Positions 26,452 through 39,330 of a stretch of 64,000 bases of DNA are shown here, piece after piece. Under the pieces are notes generated by a model. That model had not been told where the DNA came from. It made no database searches and saw only the letters and a program-made list of their open reading frames with translations. Origin of the DNA: Eledone cirrhosa (lineage: Eukaryota); NCBI GenBank assembly GCA_964016885.1, contig OZ024743.1, positions 236,530,001-236,594,000 of the forward strand, written 5' to 3'. The stretch's first letter is position 1. Each line of letters begins with the position of its first letter. Both the position numbers and the translations under genes were made by a program.

Positions 26452-29400
26452 ATGTTCCTTCAGTCAATCTCCTATACTACGGGTTGTATGTTCCTTCAGT
26501 CAATCTCCTATACTACGGGTTGTAAGTTCCTTCAGTCAATCTCCTATACTACGGGTTGTATGTTCCTTCAGTCAATCTCCTATACTACTGGTTGTATGTT
26601 CCTTCAGTCAATCTCCTATACTACGGATTGTATGTTCCTTCAGTCAATCTCCTATACTACTGGTTGTATGTTCCTTCAGTCAATCTCCTATACTACTGGT
26701 TGTATGTTCCTTCAATCAATCTCCTATACTACAGGTTGTATGTACCTTCAGTCAATCTCCTATACTACGGGTTGTATGTTCCTTCAGTCAATCTCCTATA
26801 CTACTGGTTGTATGTTCCTTCAGTCAATCTCCTATACTACGGGTTGTATGTTCCTTCAGTCAATCTCCTATACTACGGGTTGTATGTTCCTTCAGTCAAT
26901 CTCCTATACTACGGGTTGTATGTTCCTTCAGTCAATCTCCTATACTACGGGTTGTATGTTCCTTCAGTCAATCTCCTATACTACGGGTTGTATGTTCCTT
27001 CAGTCAATCTCCTATTATACGGGTTGTATGTTCCTTCAGTCAATCTCCTATACTACTGGTTGTATGTTCCTTCAGTCAATCTCCTATACTACGGGTTGTA
27101 TGTTCCTTCAGACAATCTCCTATACTACGGGTTGTATGTTCCTTCAGTCAATCTCGTATACTACAGGTTGTATGTTCCTTCAGTCAATCTCCTATACTAC
27201 TGGTTGTATGTTCCTTCAGTCAATCTCCTATACTACAGGTTGTATGTTCCTTCAGTCAATCTCCTATACTACTGGTTGTATATTCCTTCAGTCAATCTCC
27301 TATACTACAGGTTGTATGTTCCTTCAGTCAATCTCCTATACTACTGGTTGTATGTTCCTTCAATCAATCTCCTATACTAAGCGTTGTATGTTCCTTCAGT
27401 CAATCTCCTATACTACAGGTTGTATGTTCCTTCAGTCAATCCCCTATACTACTGGTTGGATATTCCTTCAGTCAATCCCCTATACTACTGGTTGTATATT
27501 CCTTCAGTCAATCTCCTATACTACTGGTTGTATGTTCCTTCAGTCAATCTCCTATACTACAGGTTGTATGTTCCTTCAGTCAATCTCTTATAAAACTGGT
27601 TGTATGTTCCTTCAGTCAATCTCCTATACTACTGGTTGTATGTTGCTTCAGTCAATATTCTATACTACTGGTTGTATGTTCCTTCAGTCAATCTCCTATA
27701 ATACTGGTTGTATGTTCCTTCAGTCAATCTCCTATACTACTGGTTGTATATTCCTTCAGTTAATCTACTATACTACGTGTTGTATATTCCTTCAGTCAAT
27801 CTCCTATACTACTGGTTGTATATTCCTTCAGTCAATCTCCTATACTACTGGTTGTATGTTCCTTCAGTCAATCTCCTATACTACAGGTTGTATGTACCTT
27901 CAGTCAATCTCCTATACTACGGGTTGTATGTTCCTTCAGTCAATCTCCTATACTACTGGTTGTATGTTCCTTCAGTCAATCTCCTATACTACGGGTTGCA
28001 TGTACCTTCAGTCAATCTCCTATACTACGGGTTGTATGTTCTTTCAGTCAATCTCCTATACTACTGGTTGTATGTTCCTTCAGTCAATCTCCTATACTAC
28101 AGGTTGTATATTCCTTCAGTCAATCTCCTATACTACAGGTTGTATGTTCCTTCAGTCAATCTCCTATACTACAGGTTGTATATTCCTTCAGTCAATCTCC
28201 TATACTACAGGTTGTATGTTCCTTCAGTCAATCTCATATACTACTGGTCGTATATTCCTTCAGTCAATCTCCTATACTACAGGTTGTATATTCCTTCAGT
28301 CAATCTCCTATACTACAGGCTGTATGTTCCTTCAGTCAATCTCCTATACTACTGGTTGTATATTCCTTCAGTCAATCTCCTATACTACAGGTTGTATCTT
28401 CCTTCAGTCAATCTCCTATACTACAGGCTGTATGTTCCTTCAGTCAATCTCCTATACTACTGGTTGTATATTCCTTCAGTCAATCTCCTATACTACAGGT
28501 TGTATGTTCCTTCAGCCAATCTCATATACTACTGGTCGTATATTCCTTCAGTCAATCTCCTATACTACAGGTTGTATATTCCTTCAGTCAATCTCATATA
28601 CTACAGGCTGTATGTTCCTTCAGTCAATCTCCTATACTACTGGTTGTATATTCCTTCAGTTAATATCCTATACTACTGGTTGTATGTTCCTTCAGTCAAT
28701 CTCCTATACTACTGGTGGTATGTTCCTTCAGTCAATCTCCTATACTACTGGTTGTATATTCCTTCAGTCAATCTCCTATACTACAGGTTGTATATTCCTT
28801 CAGTTAATCTCCTATACTACTGGTTGTAGGTTCCTTCAGTTAATCTCCTATACTACTGGTTGTATGTTCCTTCAGTCAATCTCCTATACTACAGGTTGAA
28901 TATTCCTTCAGTCAATCTCCTTTACTACTGGTTGTATGTTCCTTCAGTCAATCTCCTATACTACGGATTGTATGTTCCTTCAGTCAATCTCCTATACTAC
29001 TGGTTGTATGTTCCTTCAGTCAATCTCCTATACTACGGATTGTATGTTCCTTCAATCAATCTCCTATACTACTGGTTGTATGTTCCTTCAGTCAATCTCC
29101 TATACTACTGGTTGTATGTTCCTTCAGTCAATCTCCTATACTACGGATTGTATGTTCCTTCAGTCAATCTCCTATACTACTGGTTGTATGTTCCTTCAGT
29201 CAATCTCCTATACTACGGATTGTATATTCCTTCAGTCAATCTCCTATACTACAGGTTGTATGTTCCTTCAGTCAATCTCCTATACTACTGGTTGTATATT
29301 CCTTCAGTCAATCTCCTATACTACTGGTTGTATGTTCCTTCAGTCAATCTCCTATACTACGGATTGTATGTTCCTTCAGTCAATCTCCTATACTACTGGT

Positions 29401-29583
29401 TGTATATTCCTACAATCAATCTCCTATACTACTGGTTGTATGTTCCTTCAGTCAATCTCCTATACTACAGGTTGTATGTACCTTCAGTCAATCTCCTATA
29501 CTACGGGTTGTATGTTCCTTCAGTCAATCTCCTATACTACTGGTTGTATGTTCCTTCAGTAAATCTCCTATACTACGGGTTGT
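26452..29583. repeat. Distant, slightly diverged copy of the 87-monomer higher-order unit
   Basis: Same variant order as 514-3645 at offset 25,938 (721 x 36 - 18), plus private substitutions such as GACAAT ~27111 and ACTAAGCG ~27376. Confidence 0.85.
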
Positions 29584-31158
29584 ATGTTCCTTCAGTCAAT
29601 CTCCTATACTACGGGTTGTATGTTCCTTCAGTCAATCTCCTATACTACGGGTTGTAAGTTCCTTCAGTCAATCTCCTATACTACGGGTTGTATGTTCCTT
29701 CAGTCAATCTCCTATACTACTGGTTGTATGTTCCTTCAGTCAATCTCCTATACTACGGATTGTATGTTCCTTCAGTCAATCTCCTATACTACTGGTTGTA
29801 TGTTCCTTCAGTCAATCTCCTATACTACTGGTTGTATGTTCCTTCAATCAATCTCCTATACTACAGGTTGTATGTACCTTCAGTCAATCTCCTATACTAC
29901 GGGTTGTATGTTCCTTCAGTCAATCTCCTATACTACTGGTTGTATGTTCCTTCAGTCAATCTCCTATACTACGGGTTGTATGTTCCTTCAGTCAATCTCC
30001 TATACTACTGGTTGTATGTTCCTTCAGTCAATCTCCTATACTACGGGTTGTATGTTCCTTCAGTCAATCTCCTATACTACGGGTTGTATGTTCCTTCAGT
30101 CAATCTCGTATACTACATGTTGTATGTTCCTTCAGTCAATCTCCTATACTACTGGTTGTATGTTCCTTCAGTCAATCTCCTATACTACAGGTTGTATGTT
30201 CCTTCAGTCAATCTCCTATACTACTGGTTGTATATTCCTTCAGTCAATCTCCTATACTACAGGTTGTATGTTCCTTCAGGCAATCTCCTATACTACTGGT
30301 TGCATGTTCCTTCAGTCAATCTCCTATACTACGGGTTGTATGTTCCTTCAGTCAATCTCCTATACTACAGGTTGTATGTTCCGTCAGTCAATCCCCTATA
30401 CTACTGGTTGGATATTCCTTCAGTCAATCCCCTATACTACTGGTTGTATATTCCTTCAGTCAATCTCCTATACTACTGGTTGTATGTTCCTTCAGTCAAT
30501 CTCCTATACTACAGGTTGTATGTTCCTTCAGTCAATCTCTTATAAAACTGGTTGTATGTTCCTTCAGTCAATCTCCTATACTACTGGTTGTATGTTGCTT
30601 CAGTCAATATCCAATACTACTGGTTGTATGTTCCTTCAGTCAATCTCCTATAATACTGGTTGTATGTTCCTTCAGTCAATCTCCTATACTACTGGTTGTA
30701 TATTCCTTCAGTTAATCTACTATACTAGGTGTTGTATATTCCTTCAGTCAATCTCCTATACTACTGGTTGTATATTCCTTCAGTCAATCTCCTATACTAC
30801 TGGTTGTATGTTCCTTCAGTCAATCTCCTATACTACAGGTTGTATGTACCTTCAGTCAATCTCCTATACTACGGGTTGTATGTTCCTTCAGTCAATCTCC
30901 TATACTACTGGTTGTATGTTCCTTCAGTCAATCTCCTATACTACGGGTTGCATGTACCTTCAGTCAATCTCCTATACTACGGGTTGTATGTTCCTTCAGT
31001 CAATCTCCTATACTACTGGTTGTATGTTCCTTCAGTCAATCTCCTATACTACAGGTTGTATGTACCTTCAGTCAATCTCCTATACTACGGGTTGTATGTT
31101 CCTTCAGTCAATCTCCTATACTACTGGTTGTATGTTCCTTCAGTCAATCTCCTATACT

Positions 31159-31185
31159 ACGGTCCTTCAGTCAATCTCCTATACT
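31159..31185. other. 27-bp truncated monomer (9-bp deletion), copy 3
   Basis: Same ACGGTCCTTC junction, followed two monomers later by the GTAAG variant as in copies 1 and 2. Confidence 0.95.
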
Positions 31186-34100
31186 ACGGGTTGTATGTTC
31201 CTTCAGTCAATCTTCTATACTACGGGTTGTAAGTTCCTTCAGTCAATCTCCTATACTACGGGTTGTATGTTCCTTCAGTCAATCTCCTATAATACTGGTT
31301 GTATGTTCCTTCAGTCAATCTCCTATACTACGGATTGTATGTTCCTTCAGTCAATCTCCTATACTACTGGTTGTATGTTCCTTCAGTCAATCTCCTATAC
31401 TACTGGTTGTATGTTCCTTCAATCAATCTCCTATACTACAGGTTGTATGTACCTTCAGTCAATCTCCTATACTACGGGTTGTATGTTCCTTCAGTCAATC
31501 TCCTATACTACTGGTTGTATGTTCCTTCAGTCAATCTCCTATACTACGGGTTGTATGTTCCTTCAGTCAATCTCCTATACTACGGGTTGTATGTTCATTC
31601 AGTCAATCTCCTATACTACGGGTTGTATGTTCCTTCAGTCAATCTCCTATACTACGGGTTGTATGTTCCTTCAGTCAATCTCCTATACTACGGGTTGTAT
31701 GTTCCTTCAGTCAATCTCCTATTCTACGGGTTGTATGTTCCTTCAGTCAATCTCCTATACTACAGGTTGTATGTTCCTTCAGTCAATCTCCTATACTACT
31801 GGTTGTATGTTCCTTCAGTCAATCTCCTATACTACTGGTTGTATGTTCCTTCAGTCAATCTCCTATACTACTGGTTGTATATTCCTTCAGTCAATCTCCT
31901 ATACTACAGGTTGTATGTTCCTTCAGTCAAACTCCTATACTACTGGTTGTATGTTCCTTCAGTCAATCTCCTATACTACGGGTTGTATGTTCCTTCAGTC
32001 AATCTCCTATACTACGGGTTGTATGTTCCTTCAGTCAATCTCCTATACTACAGGTTGTATGTTCCTTCAGTCAATCTCCTATACTACTGGTTGTATGTTC
32101 CTTCAGTCTATCTCCTATACTACAGGTTGTATGTTCCTTCAGTCAATCTCCTATACTACTGGTTGTATATTCCTTCAGTCAATCTCCTATACTACAGGTT
32201 GTATGTTCCTTCAGTCAATCTCCTATACTACTGGTTGTATGTTCCTTCAGTCAATCTCCTATACTACGGGTTGTATGTTCCTTCAGTCAATCTCCTATAC
32301 TACAGGTTGTATGTTCCTTCAGTCAATCCCCTATACTACTGGTTGTATATTCCTTCAGTCAATCCCCTATACTACTGGTTGTATATTCCTTCAGTCAATC
32401 TCCTATGCTACTGGTTGTATGTTCCTTCAGTCAATCTCCTATACTACAGGTTGTATGTTCCTTCAGTCAATCTCTTATAAAACTGGTTGTATGTTCCTTC
32501 AGTCAATCTCCTATACTACTGGTTGTATGTTGCTTCAGTCAATATCCTATACTACGGGTTGTAAGTTCCTTCAGTCAATCTCCTATAATACTGGTTGTAT
32601 GTTCCTTCAGTCAATCTCCTATACTACTGGTTGTATATTCCTTCAGTTAATCTACTATACTACGTGTTGTATATTCCTTCAGTCAATCTCCTATACTACT
32701 GGTTGTATATTCCTTCAGTCAATCTCCTATACTACTGGTTGTATGTTCCTTCAGTCAATCTCCTATACTACAGGTTGTATGTTCCTTCAGTCAATCTCCT
32801 ATACTACTGGTTGTATGTTCCTTCAGTCAATCTCCTATACTACCGGTTGTATGTTCCTTCAGTCAATCTCCTATACTACTGGTTGTATATTCCTTCAGTT
32901 AATCTCCTATACTACAGGTTGTATGTTCCTTCAGTTAATCTCCTATACTACTGGTTGTATGTTCCTTCAGTTAATCTCCTATACTACTGGTTGTATGTTC
33001 CTTCAGTCAATCTCCTATACTACTGGTTGTATATTCCTTCAGTTAATCTCCTATACTACTGGTTGTATGTTCCTTCAGTCAATCTCCTATACTACTGGTT
33101 GTATGTTCCTTCAGTCAATCTCCTATACTACTGGTTGTATATTCCTTCAGTCAATCTCCTATACTACAGGTTGTATATTCCTTCAGTCAATCTCCTATAC
33201 TACTGGTTGTATGTTCCTTCAGTCAATCTCCTATACTACTGGTTGTATGTTCCTTCAGTCAATCTCCTATACTACTGGTTGTATATTCCTTCAGTCAATC
33301 TCCTATACTACAGGTTGTATATTCCTTCAGTCAATCTCCTATACTACAGGTTGTATGTTCCTTCAGTCAATCTCATATACTACTGGTTGTATATTCCTTC
33401 AGTCAATCTCCTATACTACAGGTTGTATATTCCTTCAGTCAATCTCCCATACTACAGGCTGTATGTTCCTTCAGTCAATCTCCTATACTACTGGTTGTAT
33501 ATTCCTTCAGTTAATCTCCTATACTACTGGTTGTATGTTCCTTCAGTCAATCTCCTATACTACTGGTGGTATGTTCCTTCAGTCAATCTCCTATACTACT
33601 GGTTGTATATTCCTTCAGTCAATCTCCTATACTACAGGTTGTATATTCCTTCAGTCAATCTCCTATACTACTGGTTGTATGTTCCTTCAGTCAATCTCCT
33701 ATACTACGGGTTGTATGTTCCTTCAGTCAATCTCCTATACTACAGGTTGTATGTTCCTTCAGTCAATCTCCTATACTACTGGTTGTATGTTCCTTCAGTC
33801 AATCTCCTATACTACAGGTTGTATGTTCCTTCAGTCAATCTCCTATACTACTGGTTGTATATTCCTTCAGTCAATCTCCTATACTACAGGTTGTATGTTC
33901 CTTCAGTCAATCTCCTATACTACTGGTTGTATGTTCCTTCAGTCAATCTCCTATACTACGGGTTGTATGTTCCTTCAGTCAATCTCCTATACTACAGGTT
34001 GTATGTTCCTTCAGTCAATCCCCTATACTACTGGTTGTATATTCCTTCAGTCAATCCCCTATACTACTGGTTGTATATTCCTTCAGTCAATCTCCTATAC

Positions 34101-37100
34101 TACTGGTTGTATGTTCCTTCAGTCAATCTCCTATACTACAGGTTGTATGTTCCTTCAGTCAATCTCTTATAAAACTGGTTGCATGTTCCTTCAGGCAATC
34201 TCCTATACTACTGGTTGTATGTTGCTTCAGTCAATATCCTATACTACTGGTTGTATGTTCCTTCAGTCAATCTCCTATAATACTGGTTGTATGTTCCTTC
34301 AGTCAATCTCCTATACTACTGGTTGTATATTCCTTCAGTTAATCTACTATACTACGTGTTGTATATTCCTTCAGTCAATCTCCTATACTACTGGTTGTAT
34401 ATTCCTTCAGTCAATCTCCTATACTACTGGTTGTATGTTCCTTCAGTCAATCTCCTATACTACAGGTTGTATGTACCTTCAGTCAATCTCCTATACTACG
34501 GGTTGTATGTTCCTTCAGTCAATCTCCTATACTACTGGTTGTATGTTCCTTCAGTCAATCTCCTATACTACAGGTTGTATGTATCTTCAGTCAATCTCCT
34601 ATACTACGGGTTGTATGTTCCTTCAGTCAATCTCCTATACTACTGGTTGTATGTTCCTTCAGTCAATCTCCTATACTACGGGTTGTATGTTCCTTCAGTC
34701 AATCTCCTATACTACGGGTTGTATGTTCCTTCAGTCAATCTCCTATACTACGGGTTGTAAGTTCCTTCAGTCAATCTCCTATACTACGGGTTGTATGTTC
34801 CTTCAGTCAATCTCCTATACTACTGGTTGTATGTTCCTTCAGTCAATCTCCTATACTACGGATTGTATGTTCCTTCAGTCAATCTCCTATACTACTGGTT
34901 GTATGTTCCTTCAGTCAATCTCCTATACTACTGGTTGTATGTTCCTTCAATCAATCTCCTATACTACAGGTTGTATGTACCTTCAGTCAATCTCCTATAC
35001 TACGGGTTGTATGTTCCTTCAGTCAATCTCCTATACTACTGGTTGTATGTTCCTTCAGTCAATCTCCTATACTACGGGTTGTATGTTCCTTCAGTCAATC
35101 TCCTATACTACGGGTTGTATGTTCCTTCAGTCAATCTCCTATACTACGGATTGTATGTTCCTTCAGTCAATCTCCTATACTACGGGTTGTATGTTCCTTC
35201 AGTCAATCTCCTATACTACGGGTTGTATGTTCCTTCAGTCAATCTCCTATTCTACGGGTTGTATGTTCCTCCAGTCAATCTCCTATACTACAGGTTGTAT
35301 GTTCCTTCAGTCAATCTCCTATACTACTGGTTCTATGTTCCTTCAGTCAATCTCCTATACTACTGGTTGTATGTTCCTTCAGTCAATCTCCTATACTACT
35401 GGTTGTATATTCCTTCAGTCAATCTCCTATACTACAGGTTGTATGTTCCTTCAGTCAATCTCCTATACTACTGGTTGTATGTTCCTTCAGTCAATCTCCT
35501 ATACTACGGGTTGAATGTTCCTTCAGTCAATCTCCTATACTACGGGTTGTATGTTCCTTCAGTCAATCTCCTATACTACAGGTTGTATGTTCCTTCAGTC
35601 AATCTCCTATACTACTGGTTGTATGTTCCTTCAGTCAATCTCCTATACTACAGGTTGTATGTTCCTTCAGTCAATCTCCTATACTACTGGTTGTATATTC
35701 CTTCAGTCAATCTCCTATACTACAGGTTGTATGTTCCTTCAGTCAATCTCCTATACTACTGGTTGTATGTTCCTTCAGTCAATCTCCTATACTACGGGTT
35801 GTATGTTCCTTCAGTCAATCTCCTATACTACAGGTTGTATGTTCCTTCAGTCAATCCCCTATACTACTGGTTGTATATTCTTTCAGTCAATCCCCTATAC
35901 TACTGGTTGTATATTCCTTCAGTCAATCTCCTATGCTACTGGTTGTATGTTCCTTCAGTCAATCTCCTATACTACAGGTTGTATGTTCCTTCAGTCAATC
36001 TCTTATAAAACTGGTTGTATGTTCCTTCAGTCAATCTCCTATACTACTGGTTGTATGTTGCTTCAGTCAATATCCTATACTACTGGTTGTATGTTCCTTC
36101 AGTCAATCTCCTATAATACTGGTTGTATGTTCCTTCAGTCAATCTCCTATACTACTGGTTGTATATTCCTTCAGTTAATCTACTATACTACGTGTTGTAT
36201 ATTCCTTCAGTCAATCTCCTATACTACTGGTTGTATATTCCTTCAGTCAATCTCCTATACTACTGGTTGTATGTTCCTTCAGTCAATCTCCTATACTACA
36301 GGTTGTATGTTCCTTCAGTCAATCTCCTATACTACTGGTTGTATGTTCCTTCAGTCAATCTCCTATACTACTGGTTGTATGTTCCTTCAGTCAATCTCCT
36401 ATACTACTGGTTGTATATTCCTTCAGTCAATCTCCTATACTACAGGTTGTATATTCCTTCAGTCAATCTCCTATACTACTGGTTGTATGTTCCTTCAGTC
36501 AATCTCCTATACTACTGGTTGTATGTTCCTTCAGTCAATCTCCTATACTACTGGTTGTATATTCCTTCAGTCAATCTCCTATACTACAGGTTGTATATTC
36601 CTTCAGTCAATCTCCTATACTACAGGTTGTATGTTCCTTCAGTCAATCTCATATACTACTGGTTGTATATTCCTTCAGTCAATCTCCTATACTACAGGTT
36701 GTATATTCCTTCAGTCAATCTCCTATACTTAAGGCTGTATGTTCCTTCAGTCAATCTCCAATACTACTGGTTGTATATTCCTTCAGTTAATCTCCTATAC
36801 TACTGGTTGTATGTTCCTTCAGTCAATCTCCTATACTACTGGTGGTATGTTCCTTCAGTCAATCTCCTATACTACTGGTTGTATATTCCTTCAGTCAATC
36901 TCCTATACTACAGATTGTATATTCCTTCAGTCAATCTCCTATACTACTGGTTGTATGTTCCTTCAGTCAATCTCCTATACTACGGGTTGTATGTTCCTTC
37001 AGTCAATCTCCTATACTACAGGTTGTATGTTCCTTCAGTCAATCTCCTATACTACTGGTTGTATGTTCCTTCAGTCAATCTCCTATACTACAGGTTGTAT

Positions 37101-39330
37101 GTTCCTTCAGTCAATCTCCTATACTACTGGTTTTATATTCCTTCAGTCAATCTCCTATACTACAGGTTGTATGTTCCTTCAGTCAATCTCCTATACTACT
37201 GGTTGTATGTTCCTTCAGTCAATCTCCTATACTACTGGTTGTATGTTCCTTCAGTCAATCTCCTATACTACTGGTTGTATATTCCTTCAGTCAATCTCCT
37301 ATACTACAGGTTGTATATTCCTTCAGTTAATCTCCTATACTACTGGTTGTATGTTCCTTCAGTCAATCTCCTATACTACTGGTGGTATGTTCCTTCAGTC
37401 AATCTCCTATACTACTGGTTGTATATTCCTTCAGTCAATCTCCTATACTACAGGTTGTATATTCCTTCAGTCAATCTCCTATACTACGGGTTGTATGTTC
37501 CTTCAGTCAATCTCCTATACTACGGATTGTATGTTCCTTCAGTCAATCTCCTATACTACGGGTTGTATGTTCCTTCAGTCAATCTCCTATACTACGGGTT
37601 GTATGTTCCTTCAGTCAATCTCCTATTCTACGGGTTGTATGTTCCTCCAGTCAATCTCCTATACTACAGGTTGTATGTTCCTTCAGTCAATCTCCTATAC
37701 TACTGGTTCTATGTTCCTTCAGTCAATCTCCTATACTACTGGTTGTATGTTCCTTCAGTCAATCTCCTATACTACTGGTTGTATATTCCTTCAGTCAATC
37801 TCCTATACTACAGGTTGTATGTTCCTTCAGTCAATCTCCTATACTACTGGTTGTATGTTCCTTCAGTCAATCTCCTATACTACGGGTTGAATGTTCCTTC
37901 AGTCAATCTCCTATACTACGGGTTGTATGTTCCTTCAGTCAATCTCCTATACTACAGGTTGTATGTTCCTTCAGTCAATCTCCTATACTACTGGTTGTAT
38001 GTTCCTTCAGTCAATCTCCTATACTACAGGTTGTATGTTCCTTCAGTCAATCTCCTATACTACTGGTTGTATATTCCTTCAGTCAATCTCCTATACTACA
38101 GGTTGTATGTTCCTTCAGTCAATCTCCTATACTACTGGTTGTATGTTCCTTCAGTCAATCTCCTATACTACGGGTTGTATGTTCCTTCAGTCAATCTCCT
38201 ATACTACAGGTTGTATGTTCCTTCAGTCAATCCCCTATACTACAGGTTGTATGTATCTTCAGTCAATCTCCTATACTACAGGTTGTATGTACCTTCAGTC
38301 AATCTCCTATACTACGGGTTGTATGTTCCTTCAGTCAATCTCCTATACTACTGGTTGTATGTTCCTTCAGTCAATCTCCTATACTACAGGTTGTATGTAT
38401 CTTCAGTCAATCTCCTATACTACGGGTTGTATGTTCCTTCAGTCAATCTCCTATACTACTGGTTGTATGTTCCTTCAGTCAATCTCCTATACTACGGGTT
38501 GTATGTTCCTTCAGTCAATCTCCTATACTACGGGTTGTATGTTCCTTCAGTCAATCTCCTATACTACGGGTTGTAAGTTCCTTCAGTCAATCTCCTATAC
38601 TACGGGTTGTATGTTCCTTCAGTCAATCTCCTATACTACTGGTTGTATGTTCCTTCAGTCAATCTCCTATACTACGGATTGTATGTTCCTTCAGTCAATC
38701 TCCTATACTACTGGTTGTATGTTCCTTCAGTCAATCTCCTATACTACTGGTTGTATGTTCCTTCAATCAATCTCCTATACTACAGGTTGTATGTACCTTC
38801 AGTCAATCTCCTATACTACGGGTTGTATGTTCCTTCAGTCAATCTCCTATACTACTGGTTGTATGTTCCTTCAGTCAATCTCCTATACTACGGGTTGTAT
38901 GTTCCTTCAGTCAATCTCCTATACTACGGGTTGTATGTTCCTTCAGTCAATCTCCTATACTACGGATTGTATGTTCCTTCAGTCAATCTCCTATACTACG
39001 GGTTGTATGTTCCTTCAGTCAATCTCCTATACTACGGGTTGTATGTTCCTTCAGTCAATCTCCTATTCTACGGGTTGTATGTTCCTCCAGTCAATCTCCT
39101 ATACTACAGGTTGTATGTTCCTTCAGTCAATCTCCTATACTACTGGTTCTATGTTCCTTCAGTCAATCTCCTATACTACTGGTTGTATGTTCCTTCAGTC
39201 AATCTCCTATACTACTGGTTGTATATTCCTTCAGTCAATCTCCTATACTACAGGTTGTATGTTCCTTCAGTCAATCTCCTATACTACTGGTTGTATGTTC
39301 CTTCAGTCAATCTCCTATACTACGGGTTGA

